Origin: Paraspadella gotoi | Taxonomy: Eukaryota; Animalia; Chaetognatha | NCBI GenBank assembly: GCA_051294375.1 | Contig: CM119263.1 | Location: forward strand, 24,347,657-24,411,656 | Reading direction: 5' to 3' | Length of the DNA: 64,000 bases | Part shown: positions 1 through 9,884 of the stretch, in pieces | Layout: the number at the start of each line of letters is the position of its first letter | Numbering within the stretch: the stretch's first letter is position 1 | Notes under the pieces: model-generated | The model's input: only the letters and a program-made list of their open reading frames with translations | Told to the model about the DNA's origin: nothing | Database searches by the model: none | Translations under genes and position numbers: made by a program

Positions 1-540
1 TTAAGCGAAGGTGGAGAGCGGAGGTGGGGCGGACAGCTGACGAGAGGCTGCTGCGAGGCTGCCGCGAGACGGACCAACAGAACCCAACAGAATTCCTGTT
101 TGAAATGCTTGCCGCGCCCCTAGTCGGTCGGTCCGTCATGCGCATCCCGTTGCAACAGGAAGATGATGGAATCCTGAAGAGACGATGTTCACTTGTCTCC
201 ATTCTCATTGCCGGGATTTTGTTCAGTTGGTCGAACCGCGTGTTATTCTTGTGAATTTAGGCTATATTTGATTATCAACAGGTACTTACAACATCGCCGT
301 CGTCAGTCTTCTTGTTTTCCGAATTTTATTAGCTCATCGTCGATTGATATATTGTTCGGTTTGGCGCCAACACAGAAACTGGTAGATTTCCTTTCGTTTG
401 GCAATGCATTGGCAATCCTCCTGCATGACTTCTAAGCCCGCATCAAATCTATTAATTCTTTGAGCAGTTAAATTATCTCGGATTGGATTTTATTTTATTT
501 TTTATATTTTTTTTAGTTTTTCTTTTGATATACATTCGCA

Positions 541-3500
541 ATGACTTCGGTATCAATCAACGCGCTGAGTGCGATGCTCAGTTCGACATCAGTGGCCGGC
601 AACGAAGTCAGTTTCGAAGGCCAAGGACTCAAACTGAACAGTCCCGAAGATGCCAAAGTCGTTATCGATGCCATCGACAGATGCGAGAACTTAAATATTT
701 TGAAGTTGGAAGGAAACACTTTGGGAGTGGAAGCCGCTGAGGCGATCGCCAAGGCCTTAGAACGACATCCCGAATTTGAGCGCGCGCTGTGGAAGGATAT
801 GTTTACGGGAAGATTAAAGACAGAAATACCTCCCGCACTACAGCATCTGGGAGGCGCGATCGTTTCCGCCGGCGCTCATTTGGTCGAGCTCGACCTCAGT
901 GACAATGCATTTGGTCCCATCGGAATCGACGCGGTGGCAGCATTGCTCGAAAGCGCCAGCGCGTATACTTTGCAGGAATTAAAGTTTAACAACCAAGGTT
1001 TGATGAATAATATATTATGGCAACAGCCGGGTTGCCTGTTGATGCCCATTGGGATGGGGCATTCTCACTGTTGGCTTTGGGGTTTCCGACCCTCAGTGAC
1101 GCCTCCAGTCACTGGCGCGGTTACCCTAGGACGGTCTCGCTTTGCCAACGCAGAGGGAAGTCGTTAGGACTGTGGATGGAACACTACGCCTGGGATGGTG
1201 TGTTCCCCCTCTGAGTCAATGGATTTGGCTGATGGATGGTGGACGTGAGGCGGTGTGAATATACCGCCACAGGATCCCCGGGCCAAGACATCACTCAGGT
1301 TCCTCAAGCCTGAGAGGTGTCTGACAAGACTGTTACCATAGTGGAGAGAGAGAGAGAGAGCGCGAGTTGTGGGGGCATAGGCGTTTGTCGTAGCGTACCC
1401 CAGGGGCATAGGCGTTTGTCGTAGCGTACCCAAAGTCGGCAGGGCATAGGCGTTTGTCGTAGCGTACCCTGAGAAGGTTGCGTGTTCGATAGTAGGGCTC
1501 CCACCACTTATGGCAACAGCCGGGTTGCCTGTGATGCCCATTGGGATGGGGCATCTCACTGTTGGCTTTGGGGGCTTCCGACCCTCAGTGACACCTCCAG
1601 TCACTGGCGCGGTTACCCTAGGACGGTCTCGCTTTGCCAACGCAGAGGGAAGTCGTTAGGACTGTGGATGGAACACTACGCCTGGGATGGTTGTTCCCCC
1701 TCTGAGCCAATGGATTTGGCTGATGGATGGTGGACGTGAGGCGGTGTGAATATACCGCCACAATATACTTATTAAAAGTTGAAAATAAAGCTATTTAAAA
1801 TTGTTTTTCGAAGGTATGGGAATAGGCGGCGGAAAGCGACTCGCCAAATGTCTCATAACGTCACATATTCGAGGCTCGTCCGCCGGGACGCCTTTGAAGT
1901 TGAAAGTCTTTATTGCCGGAAGAAACCGATTAGAAAATCCTGGTATGATATCGACTTTAGAATTAGAAATACCGTATTTGTACTTCACATGAGCGAATAT
2001 TTGCAAGTTTTTAATTTACCCCTAGGTGCCATCGCCCTTGCCGAGGCTTTTGGTAGAATCGGAACATTAGAAGAAGTCCAAATGCCGCAAAACGGCATTT
2101 ATAGTCCCGGGATAACGGCGCTTTCGAATGCATTCGCCAAGAACCCCAACATGAAGCACATCAATCTGAACGACAACACCTTTACGGCCGTCGGAGCAAA
2201 GGCGATGGCGGAGAACGCCTTGCCTCATCTCATCCACCTCGAGGTTACTTTTCTTTCCTGTTTTTAGTGCGAATTTAAAGAATATTGACATTTAATTGAT
2301 TCTTTATGAAATTGGTAGAACCAATATAAAAATATTATTATTATTATTATTATTTAACAGAAGTGTAACTTCGGCGATTGCTTGGTTAGGACGGAAGGAG
2401 CCGAAGCCATTTCCGCTGTTCTCAAAACCGGAAGTTTTTCTTATCTCAAGGAACTTATACTTTCCTTTAATGAAATTAAAAAGGAAGGAGCAGTGGCCTT
2501 GGCTGAAGCCGGTAATTATTGCGTTAAGACTTAAGTTTACTGATTCTAGACATTTTAAATTTCGGAGAAATATTTGATTTTCAAATATATGTGTAATTGT
2601 GTATCTTTTCATTAATCTTGATAAAGCATCGTCTTTGGATAACCTGGCACGATTGGATTTGAATGGAAATAAGATCGGCGAGTATTCGTGCGAGGAAATA
2701 AAAAATCTCTTCGAGGATCAGGATGTCCTGGGATCGTTCAGCGAGGACGAAGGAAGCGACGATGACAACGACGAAGAGGAAGACGACGAAGACGACCATG
2801 AAGATGTGTCGTCCGACTCGCGCGATGAATCTCGAGTCGAAGATCGCTCTATCATCTCGGTTCAGGAAGTCGATCTGATCATCCCGGAAAAGGTCACAGC
2901 GGCCGACATTTTCATTTGTCCCTCCAAGGAAAAAATATTCGCGCTCGACGGCGGAATCGATGGAGGTACATTCTAGAATAACGATTGTCGTCGTCAATAA
3001 ATAAAGTTTGTTGATGTTCACTCTTTACAGATGGAACCAAAGCCAAAAATGAAGTTCTACGGTATCTGGGTGAAACTGTCTCAGATTGCAGCTCTTCCAT
3101 TCGCGCCGTTCTTAAATTGTCGACGGCACTAAAGAACAAAAGCGACAAGCATCTTTACGAGATCATCTGTCTCTGTTGCGACGCTATACTCGAAAATTAC
3201 TTTCGATCCAATGGAAAGGAAAAGGATGATCGAAGTACTTCGTAAGTGTAACTCTTACTAAAAAATCCACACTGAATTTTTATAGACAATGCGATCAATT
3301 TTCGAAAAGTTTTCATGCATTTTTTAAAACTATTATTAGGATTGACGCAGAAACGAATCTTTTCACCAACGAGCTACTCGTTCAATTGGGTCTTTTGAAG
3401 AGCGAAAATAAAGACCTCTTGTTGGTTACCCAAGATTTGTGGGCTCCCGCGTTTGTCCTCGATCATGTGATAAAACAGAACTATTTTCCTCGTCGAACCA

Positions 3501-3598
3501 AGCAAGTGATGCAAGTCTTTTTTAGTGGCACTGGCAAGTCATTGGACTCGATGAAAGAGATGAGACATCAAATTATGACGACTCTATTTTCGAGTTAA
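541..3598 (+). CDS. RanGAP1: Ran GTPase-activating protein 1, 7 exons (541-997, 1814-1942, 2026-2243, 2361-2511, 2627-2965, 3031-3241, 3340-3598), ~587 aa
   Basis: Manual splicing at GT-AG sites gives one open frame of 1764 nt. It has RI-like LRRs with RanGAP signatures ([67 protein letters not shown]), an acidic D/E tract ([19 protein letters not shown]) and the metazoan C-terminal domain with the SUMO motif [11 protein letters not shown]. Confidence 0.97.
1016..1762 (-). mobile_element. TRIM / non-autonomous LTR retrotransposon (Ty3/gypsy-like) in RanGAP1 intron 1
   Basis: Two direct repeats, 1016-1271 and 1509-1762 (~255 bp, about 3 substitutions plus a few 1-nt indels). Termini read TGTGGC...GCCATA on the minus strand. 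4-bp TSD ATAT at 1012-1015 and 1763-1766. PBS-like TGGTGGGAGC 2 nt inside the minus-strand 5' LTR (9/10 complementary to the tRNA-Leu(AAG) 3' end GCTGCCACCA). The 237-bp interior is non-coding. Removing the element and one TSD restores a typical 65-bp intron. Confidence 0.93.
1373..1469. repeat. Three copies of the 28-nt unit GGGCATAGGCGTTTGTCGTAGCGTACCC inside the TRIM
   Basis: Three identical units are directly visible, separated by short spacers (about 3 and 10 nt). Confidence 0.92.
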
Positions 3599-3758
3599 AA
3601 TTTACGTTTTATCCCTGGTTACCATTTTAGTGATATATTTTTGAAAAATGGTTGATAAAAAAACTTCGTTCTTTATCATCATCGTCCCTTGTGTTAATAA
3701 TTATAATGTTATTGATTTGTATCAGTCACTTTTTTAAGAAAACAATAATTCGATTTTG

Positions 3759-4262
3759 ATGGCGAACTCTGGAGAAGGAAAGCACGAAGACGCGGGGGCA
3801 GTAGGCGGGGCTTCCTTTGCCGAAGATCCCTTGGCCGCCGTCAACGCCGGAGAGGGTTTTGCGGTTGTGCCGCTCGACTGGTGCCCTCATCTTGAAAAGA
3901 GTTTGAGGCCTGTCCCTCCGGATGGAATCGATGTGCATAAAGTACTAGATAAGAATATTTGGGAAAATTTGTAATTGTTAAAAAACTTTGACAATTTATG
4001 ATTATTAAATTAGCCATGCGCGGACTGTGGCGACGAAAAAGAAAATTGGATATGCTTGACTTGCTTCAACGTCAGTTGTGGAAGATTCGTGCAGGAGCAC
4101 GCTGTTGTCCACGGAGTTGTGAATCAACATCCTCTTGTGCTGTCATTTTCCGATTTATCGGTTTGGTGTTACGTGTGTGATTCATATGTACATCATGAGA
4201 CATTACTGGAAGCTAAGAAGATTGCTCACAAAAACAAATTCGGTAGCTTTCCGTTGGTGTGA
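3759..4262 (+). CDS. Stand-alone HDAC6-type ZnF-UBP (BUZ) ubiquitin-binding protein, 2 exons (3759-3941, 4014-4262), 143 aa
   Basis: The spliced product FAVVPLDWCPHL...PCADCGDEKENWICLTCFNVSCGRFVQEHAVVH...HPLVLSFSDLSVWCYVCDSYVHHETLLEAKKIAHKNKFG matches the HDAC6 C-terminal ZnF-UBP (human AVTPLPWCPHL...ENWVCLSC...CGRY...[23 protein letters not shown]...AHQNKFG). Phase-0 GT-AG intron at 3942-4013. No deacetylase domain fits upstream. Confidence 0.9.
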
Positions 4263-4923
4263 AGTTTTAATTTATTTGCTCTTATTTATTCATAAATTGA
4301 AATATAAATATATTAACATTCCGATCTTGCCTTTTTTTTCATAATTCTTAATGATTACATTACAACATACTTCTAAAAGTAGGCTTCATTGGAAATCAAA
4401 CCATTTTTCCAAAAAATGAAATTAAGAATTTTAATCAAAATTTGAATTGGTTGGCATGGTCGAGGGGTAAACGAACCAAAAATTAAACCCATGAAGAAAA
4501 CGATTTCGTGCTTGACAATCTATCGGTTTTGCTAAACAACTATAATGTTGACGGCTATACTACTGGCTTACTACTGCAGATCTCACAGATTTGCTCGTCT
4601 TATCTTTTGTTTTTCACTTCGTCATCGTGGCGGAGTAAGGTTTCACATGTCGAAGGCATGCGTAAATTCTTGGTCCTCCATCAAAACAAAACTAAATTTA
4701 AACGAAATTTCCTTTTTCAGTTATTTAAAATACGTTACTCTATTATGATTATCATGTTGGAGAGTAAATAGGTTGCAATTATCGCCCGTTTTGTCTCAAA
4801 AAACACTCATAAAAGTTTAATGTTAAGCTCAGTTGCAGTCCAAAAGCAAATGAAATGGCATTTTAACAACGAAATATAAGAACTTTCGAAACATTTTTGG
4901 TTGAAATATTAAGCTCATTTAAA

Positions 4924-6419
4924 ATGGCTGATGCTAACTACGAAAAAGAAAAGTTGCAAGTTGGAAGCGATGCCGCCGCTCGAAGTGCTGGTAAAAATAA
5001 TAAGCGAAAACGGATTGTCATTTGCAGTGACCCTGTGATTGAAATTCTCGATGCCTCGACGAGCATTGACATTTTTGCTGGTTAATCATGGTCAATTGGT
5101 CATGATCCCTTGGACTCCAGGCGTCACTAGCGAGGCGAGATAGGTTACTTAACAATTATTTTTTTAATCGTTGTAAGGAGCGTATGTTGGATCGGACCTT
5201 GGCGGACAGGTTGGGGGTATGGTGGGTCCCCCTGTCATTGGAAACATTGTCGGAAATATAGTAGGCGAAAAAGTCGGGTACGATGCCATTCAAAAACTGG
5301 GCATCGATGAAAAAGCAAATAAGGTCAGAATTTAAAAAAAAAAAAAGAATTTAATGCAACGAATATGGAGATTAAATGCCTATAATATAGCTATATTTTT
5401 TATAAAAGGTTAGCAAAAACATGGAGAGGGTTATCGGAAAAAGAAATGCCGACAAAGTTGCCGAGGTGGCCATGACGTCTTTTGGCTATTCGATAACAGA
5501 AACCTGTGTTTGTTGTCCCTGCTTACCAGGTTAGTTTGATTATTGTCCGAAATTGATAGCTTCCCTTTTCCTGAACTATTTTATTTACAGCGTCGCAGTT
5601 ACTATTTTTCGTTATTTTGGGATTTTTTTGTTATAATTGTTATCGATTATCTTATGGAATAAAATATAGTGCGGGTTGTTGTACCAACTGCTCCACCAAT
5701 TTTACCTTTAAAGACTTTCCACATGCAAATTCCTCGTCGATGCAAAAGGTATGAATTTACAGTGACGAATAGTTATTAAATAATTTTATCTATGTAAATT
5801 CTTTCATAAAAAAGTAACAACAATTTAGGAATTTCCATGTTTCGAAAACATCACTTACTATTTAATTGTTGGATCGGCTGTCTGGATTGCATTTTTACCT
5901 TTTTATTTGTTTACATTGTTTGGAAATTGTTGGAGACAGGTAATACTTTTTCCGCATCTCTGTTGCTTACTCTAAAGAGTATTAAAATTTTTCATATCAC
6001 TTATCAGTGTTGTTGCCTATTTTGCGATCCCGTAGTCTGCTGCACCGCCATCACCGACTTGCTCAAACGATGTCTCTGCGAATGTGGAAATTTTAGGTTA
6101 GTTTTTAATTTTCAAATGATAAAAATTAGTGTTTGTTTCTCGATTTCATTACAGTTTCATTCAGTTCCTATGGTTTTCAATGTGCGCTTTCCAAATATGT
6201 TGGACAATTTACGGAGCATACTGGCTGATTCATGTCATTTTAGAGGACGTTTATGTGGACAAAAATCTAATCGTCATTTCTGTCATCTCAATGGTGTTCG
6301 ATCTCGTCATTATTTTTAATGAAATTTTTCATAAGGTTTACCATGACCAACGAATGCGAGAACAACAACTTGAAAAACAGATGCGTGAAGCAGAAATGCC
6401 ATCGGAAGGAACGAAATAA
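4924..6419 (+). CDS. Uncharacterised glycine-zipper / Cys-rich four-pass membrane protein (loosely TMEM272-like), 7 exons (4924-4990, 5178-5323, 5409-5529, 5591-5748, 5829-5939, 6008-6096, 6155-6419), ~318 aa
   Basis: Canonical GT-AG splicing gives a continuous 957-nt frame. It has an N-terminal GxxxG repeat (GAYVGSDLGGQVGGMVGPPVIGNIVGNIVGEKVG), CVCCPC, four hydrophobic helices, a Cys-rich loop (CWRQCCCLFCDPVVCC) and WTIYGAYW. The gene model is solid; the family assignment is tentative. Confidence 0.8.
5026..5157 (+). ncRNA. Candidate structured intronic RNA ending in an ACA box (single-hairpin H/ACA-like)
   Basis: Lies in the enlarged first intron (4991-5177). Nested pairings: AGTGACC/GGTTACT, TCTCG/CGAGA, CCTCG/CGAGG and inner hairpins. 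ACA at 5152-5154 sits just after the stem base. No Rfam family recognised. Confidence 0.3.
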
Positions 6420-6849
6420 AAGTTAATAAAATCGTATAATTTATAAAATTTTTATCGCTTGGCTTTTCTTTCTTTTATTGTTGCCTTAATTTATATAATA
6501 TGGCAGTACATATGATATTTTACTATGTTTACTTCTTGGATTATACTTATTCCGAACTTTACAGAAAAGAAAAATGTTACTTCGTATTCAGCTTGGTTCT
6601 TCCTTCTTTTGTACTGTATTCTCAGAACTTCTAATAATGTCAGTTTAAAATGTTACTGTTGGTGAGGAGTACCGTAATATACTCGCAAACGGATTATGTT
6701 GAATTTAACTTATGTTTATTTTACTTAAAATTTTCCCGTTTAATCACGATAATATTCATGAGATGCTTATTTTTACTAGGTGAAAACATTAAAATGTTAA
6801 TATTAAGTTAAACTCCATATTTAAATACAAGTAAATTCTAAATGAAATA

Positions 6850-7612
6850 ATGGAGTTTTTACACATGAAGTATTTGAATGCGGATCATCTCAATGGCTTT
6901 GATTCCTATAAATACAGTTCCGTTGATACATCACCAGTTAGTATTTACATAACACACCCATTCTGGGAATGGTGCGTGAAGGTAATTTTTGAAAAGCCTG
7001 ATGTGGAAAACAGCTTTCATGAAAATATTTAAATTTAATTCATATTTGTCTTTAAAACCAGTTTTGTCCGAAATGGTTGGCCCCAAACCTAATGACGTTC
7101 ATTGGTTTCCTTTTACTCGTGGCAAATTTTATTATTTTGACTTATTATGACCCGAACTTTCTTGCAAGCTCTGGGGCAGAGTTACAAAATCCCATTCCAA
7201 GTAATCACAAAATTATTGTTCGAGAGATTTAAAACATTCCGTATTATACATATGTTAATATTGGCCAGTTACTGAGTTAGATTAAATGACATTAATAATT
7301 GTATATTTTTTAAAATTTTTATAAAGACAAGAATTTATTTTATTTAGGGTGGGTTTGGTTATTTTGTTTCTTCAGTCAATTTTTTGCGCATACCCTGGAT
7401 GGTTGCGATGGGAAACAGGCTAGACGAACGGGTGAGGAATGGGTGAACTTACTTCACAAAGTTTTCTTTTTTGCCATCTTACTCTGAGCTTTCATATTCA
7501 TCTTTTGATTGTGATTTCCTCAGGCTCGTCGACGCCATTGGGAGAGCTTTTTGATCACGGATTAGATTCCTGGTCTTGCCTTTTTATGCCTATTGCAGGT
7601 ATTTTTTTTAAT

Positions 7613-7652
<40 letters not shown>

Positions 7653-9884
7653 TCCTGAATTCCTCCTTCTTTCTCAACCTCTGCAGTGTTTTTATCATTC
7701 TTTATACATGACTTTTATTTATTGTAGTTTACTCCGTGTTTGGACGATCTACAGAATACTCAATATCACCAATAAGATTCTATTTTGCTATTTGTATGGT
7801 CTGCCTTCAATTTTATCTCAGCCATTGGGAAAAATATAATACCGGTGTTTTGTTTTTACCTTGGGGTTATGACGCCAGTCAGGTAATTATGAACAAAATT
7901 ATTAGCAAAGAAAATTTGTTTTTGTTTCAACAATGATTTTATTTGACTTAAACAAAAACAAATTCTCTTTGCTAATCTCATAACACAACGAAACGAAAGG
8001 TTATTATCGAAATAAATTCTAAATAAATTTTATTTATGAAATTGGTACAACCAATATAAAAATTATCCATTCATTTAATAAATAAGCTATCTTGTCCCTG
8101 ACTTTGGACAGGCTTTGGTGGTTTAAGGCCTCCATCACACTTACTAGATAATAACATAGCAGGTTTCTGCAAGCTTTCAATCAAGACTCTCTCACAGTCT
8201 TATTTATTCACTCCCAGTGAACCTGGCTTCCCTATCAATGAAGTGGTATAATATTTCAAAGAATGTTTCAATTGTATGAAAAGACCACTCCCTTAAGTAT
8301 TAGATCGGGGAATACTATATTGTATATTTTTATATTTTTATGTAATATGTATATTTTTTACGGGTAAATGAAAAAATGAAATAAAATATTTTAAGGATAA
8401 AGTTGATTTTCTGTGTATAAGTAAATAATTATTGATATCATATAGCTTAATACTAAAAGCAAATAATGCATACAAAGAAACTCACATAGAGTTTAAGTAT
8501 AATAATATATTTAAAAATATATTGATAATGTGATGAAATGATTGTTTTTGTGAAATTGTCATAAAAATTGAGTAGGCCAGATTTTTTTTTTATTTGAACC
8601 ACACTCCTGTTTTTAATCGCATTTTACCGAACAATATTCATTCGAATCACAAAAAGCCAAATTTTTCAAATATATCATTTCCTCCCGCGATTTTGATATT
8701 AAAGTCCAAAGTTTTGGCGACCTATCCATTTTCCATGATGGTACGGTAACTGATATAGAAGAATTTAAAAAACTTTTTTTTTCAGCTTGCCCTAATGTTT
8801 GTTTACCTCGTTACATTTATTTTTGGAGCACAAATGTGGCTTATGTCTTTACCCGGTAACAGGCTGAAAATAAGTTAAGTATGATAAAAACCTCTCAATT
8901 CACTAACCTCTTGTCTTAAATCTTCATAGTTATCCACCTGTCCTTTGCTCAATGTTGTGAAATATTTTTCTACTTTGCCGCCATTGCCTTGACGCTTCCA
9001 ATGAGTTTGTGGAACATGTGAGTAACCGAATACGGGATTACCGCCAGCGTGGGAATTTGCTAGATCACAGATTTGTCTTTGGTTCCCAGATTCAACGCGT
9101 ACAAGAACAATACTGGAAAGGGACACTCGTTCCTAGAAGCAAATCTTCCTTGGCTGCCGATCATTATTCTATTCGGGCTGACGACGGCCTGGGCTTTACT
9201 TTCTCCTACTGGGATCGTCGATGGTCAACCGCGACTTTTTTACTGGATGTTCGGAACCATCTTTTCTAACATAACTTGCCAGCTCATTGTTGCCCAGGTA
9301 AAGCGGAATTTGAACGCCACTCGGAATACTGCTACACGTTAATTTTGATATTAAAGATGATAATTTTATTATTATTATTATTCTATTATATTTTGTGGAA
9401 TTGAGACACATTGCTATGAAATTGAAATTGTGTTCCAGATGTCATCGACGAGAGCTCCTTATTTCAACTTGTTGCTCATTCCATTGTGCGTTGCTGTTTT
9501 GGCTCTGTTCTTGCCCCAAGGAAAAAACTTGGAAAACTGGTAAGAAGCTGAATGTGAGGCTCTAGTTTTTTTCGTTGTCGTTGAAGTTGTGTCGTCTATA
9601 AAATAGTGTAGTGACTAGTCTATGATGTAGTCACCCTTTTTCCTTATTAGTTCTTTGGTTATCGTGAACGTTCTGTCCACTGTGGCCCATATTCACTACG
9701 GAATCTGCGTCGTCAAGCAGATGAGCGATCATTTCAACATATTTACTTTTTCTCTACAAGTAATTTATTTCGATGGGTCCCTTCAAAACGTAATTTAATT
9801 AAATGGCGTAAAACTTTTTTTCATCAGAAAAAGCCGTGCTTTGATAACGACAAAGCCTTGTTCGAAGAGACGGATACCGAATGA
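6850..9884 (+). CDS. EPT1: Ethanolamine phosphotransferase 1 (SELENOI/EPT1 orthologue, CDP-alcohol phosphotransferase), 11 exons (6850-6981, 7062-7200, 7348-7431, 7524-7598, 7728-7882, 8786-8855, 8930-9017, 9090-9297, 9439-9539, 9651-9759, 9828-9884), ~405 aa
   Basis: 1218-nt spliced frame with [30 protein letters not shown], the CDP-alcohol phosphotransferase motif [61 protein letters not shown] and [17 protein letters not shown]. These are characteristic of SELENOI/EPT1 rather than CEPT1/CHPT1. Confidence 0.95.
7901..7976. repeat. Near-perfect inverted repeat (27-bp arms, 26/27 match, 22-nt loop) in EPT1 intron 5
   Basis: ATTAGCAAAGAAAATTTGTTTTTGTTT (7901-7927) matches the reverse complement of 7950-7976. 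Confidence 0.85.
8033..8307 (+). mobile_element. Dispersed ~275-bp repeat family A (unclassified non-autonomous element), longest copy
   Basis: Begins TTTATGAAATTGGTACAACCAATATAAAA (hairpin ATTGGT-ACA-ACCAAT), core GGTTTAAGGCCTCCATCAC, ends CCCTTAAGTATTAGATCG. Homologous copies at 12178-12368 (-), 20571-20775 (+), 58255-58413 (-), 58428-58622 (+), 62136-62276 (+) and a head fragment at 2303-2334. Confidence 0.85.

Noticed and set aside
1-460. Possible divergent gene upstream of RanGAP1 (minus-strand open frame 1-250, GTAAGT donor near 290)
   Set aside because: No recognisable protein, no consistent upstream exon frame, and truncated by the window edge.
1075-1130. Hammerhead-like string on the TRIM LTR minus strand (GGGTA...CTGAGGG-TCG-GAAACCC)
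   Set aside because: The core is CUGAGGG rather than CUGANGA, stem I does not pair next to the cleavage site, and the second LTR has GAAG instead of GAAA.
1373-1469. CRISPR-like array
   Set aside because: Eukaryotic context, spacers of only ~3-10 nt, no cas genes, and it lies inside an LTR element.
998-1739. ORF extension of RanGAP1 past codon 152, and ORFs 1017-1214, 1164-1640 and 1482-1739
   Set aside because: They read through the intron/TRIM and show no gag or pol motifs. The true frame resumes at 1814.
4455-4490. Minus-strand Sm-site-like AATTTTTGG followed by a small hairpin (snRNA or SL RNA?)
   Set aside because: Upstream sequence matches no spliceosomal snRNA I know, and the motif is common in AT-rich DNA.
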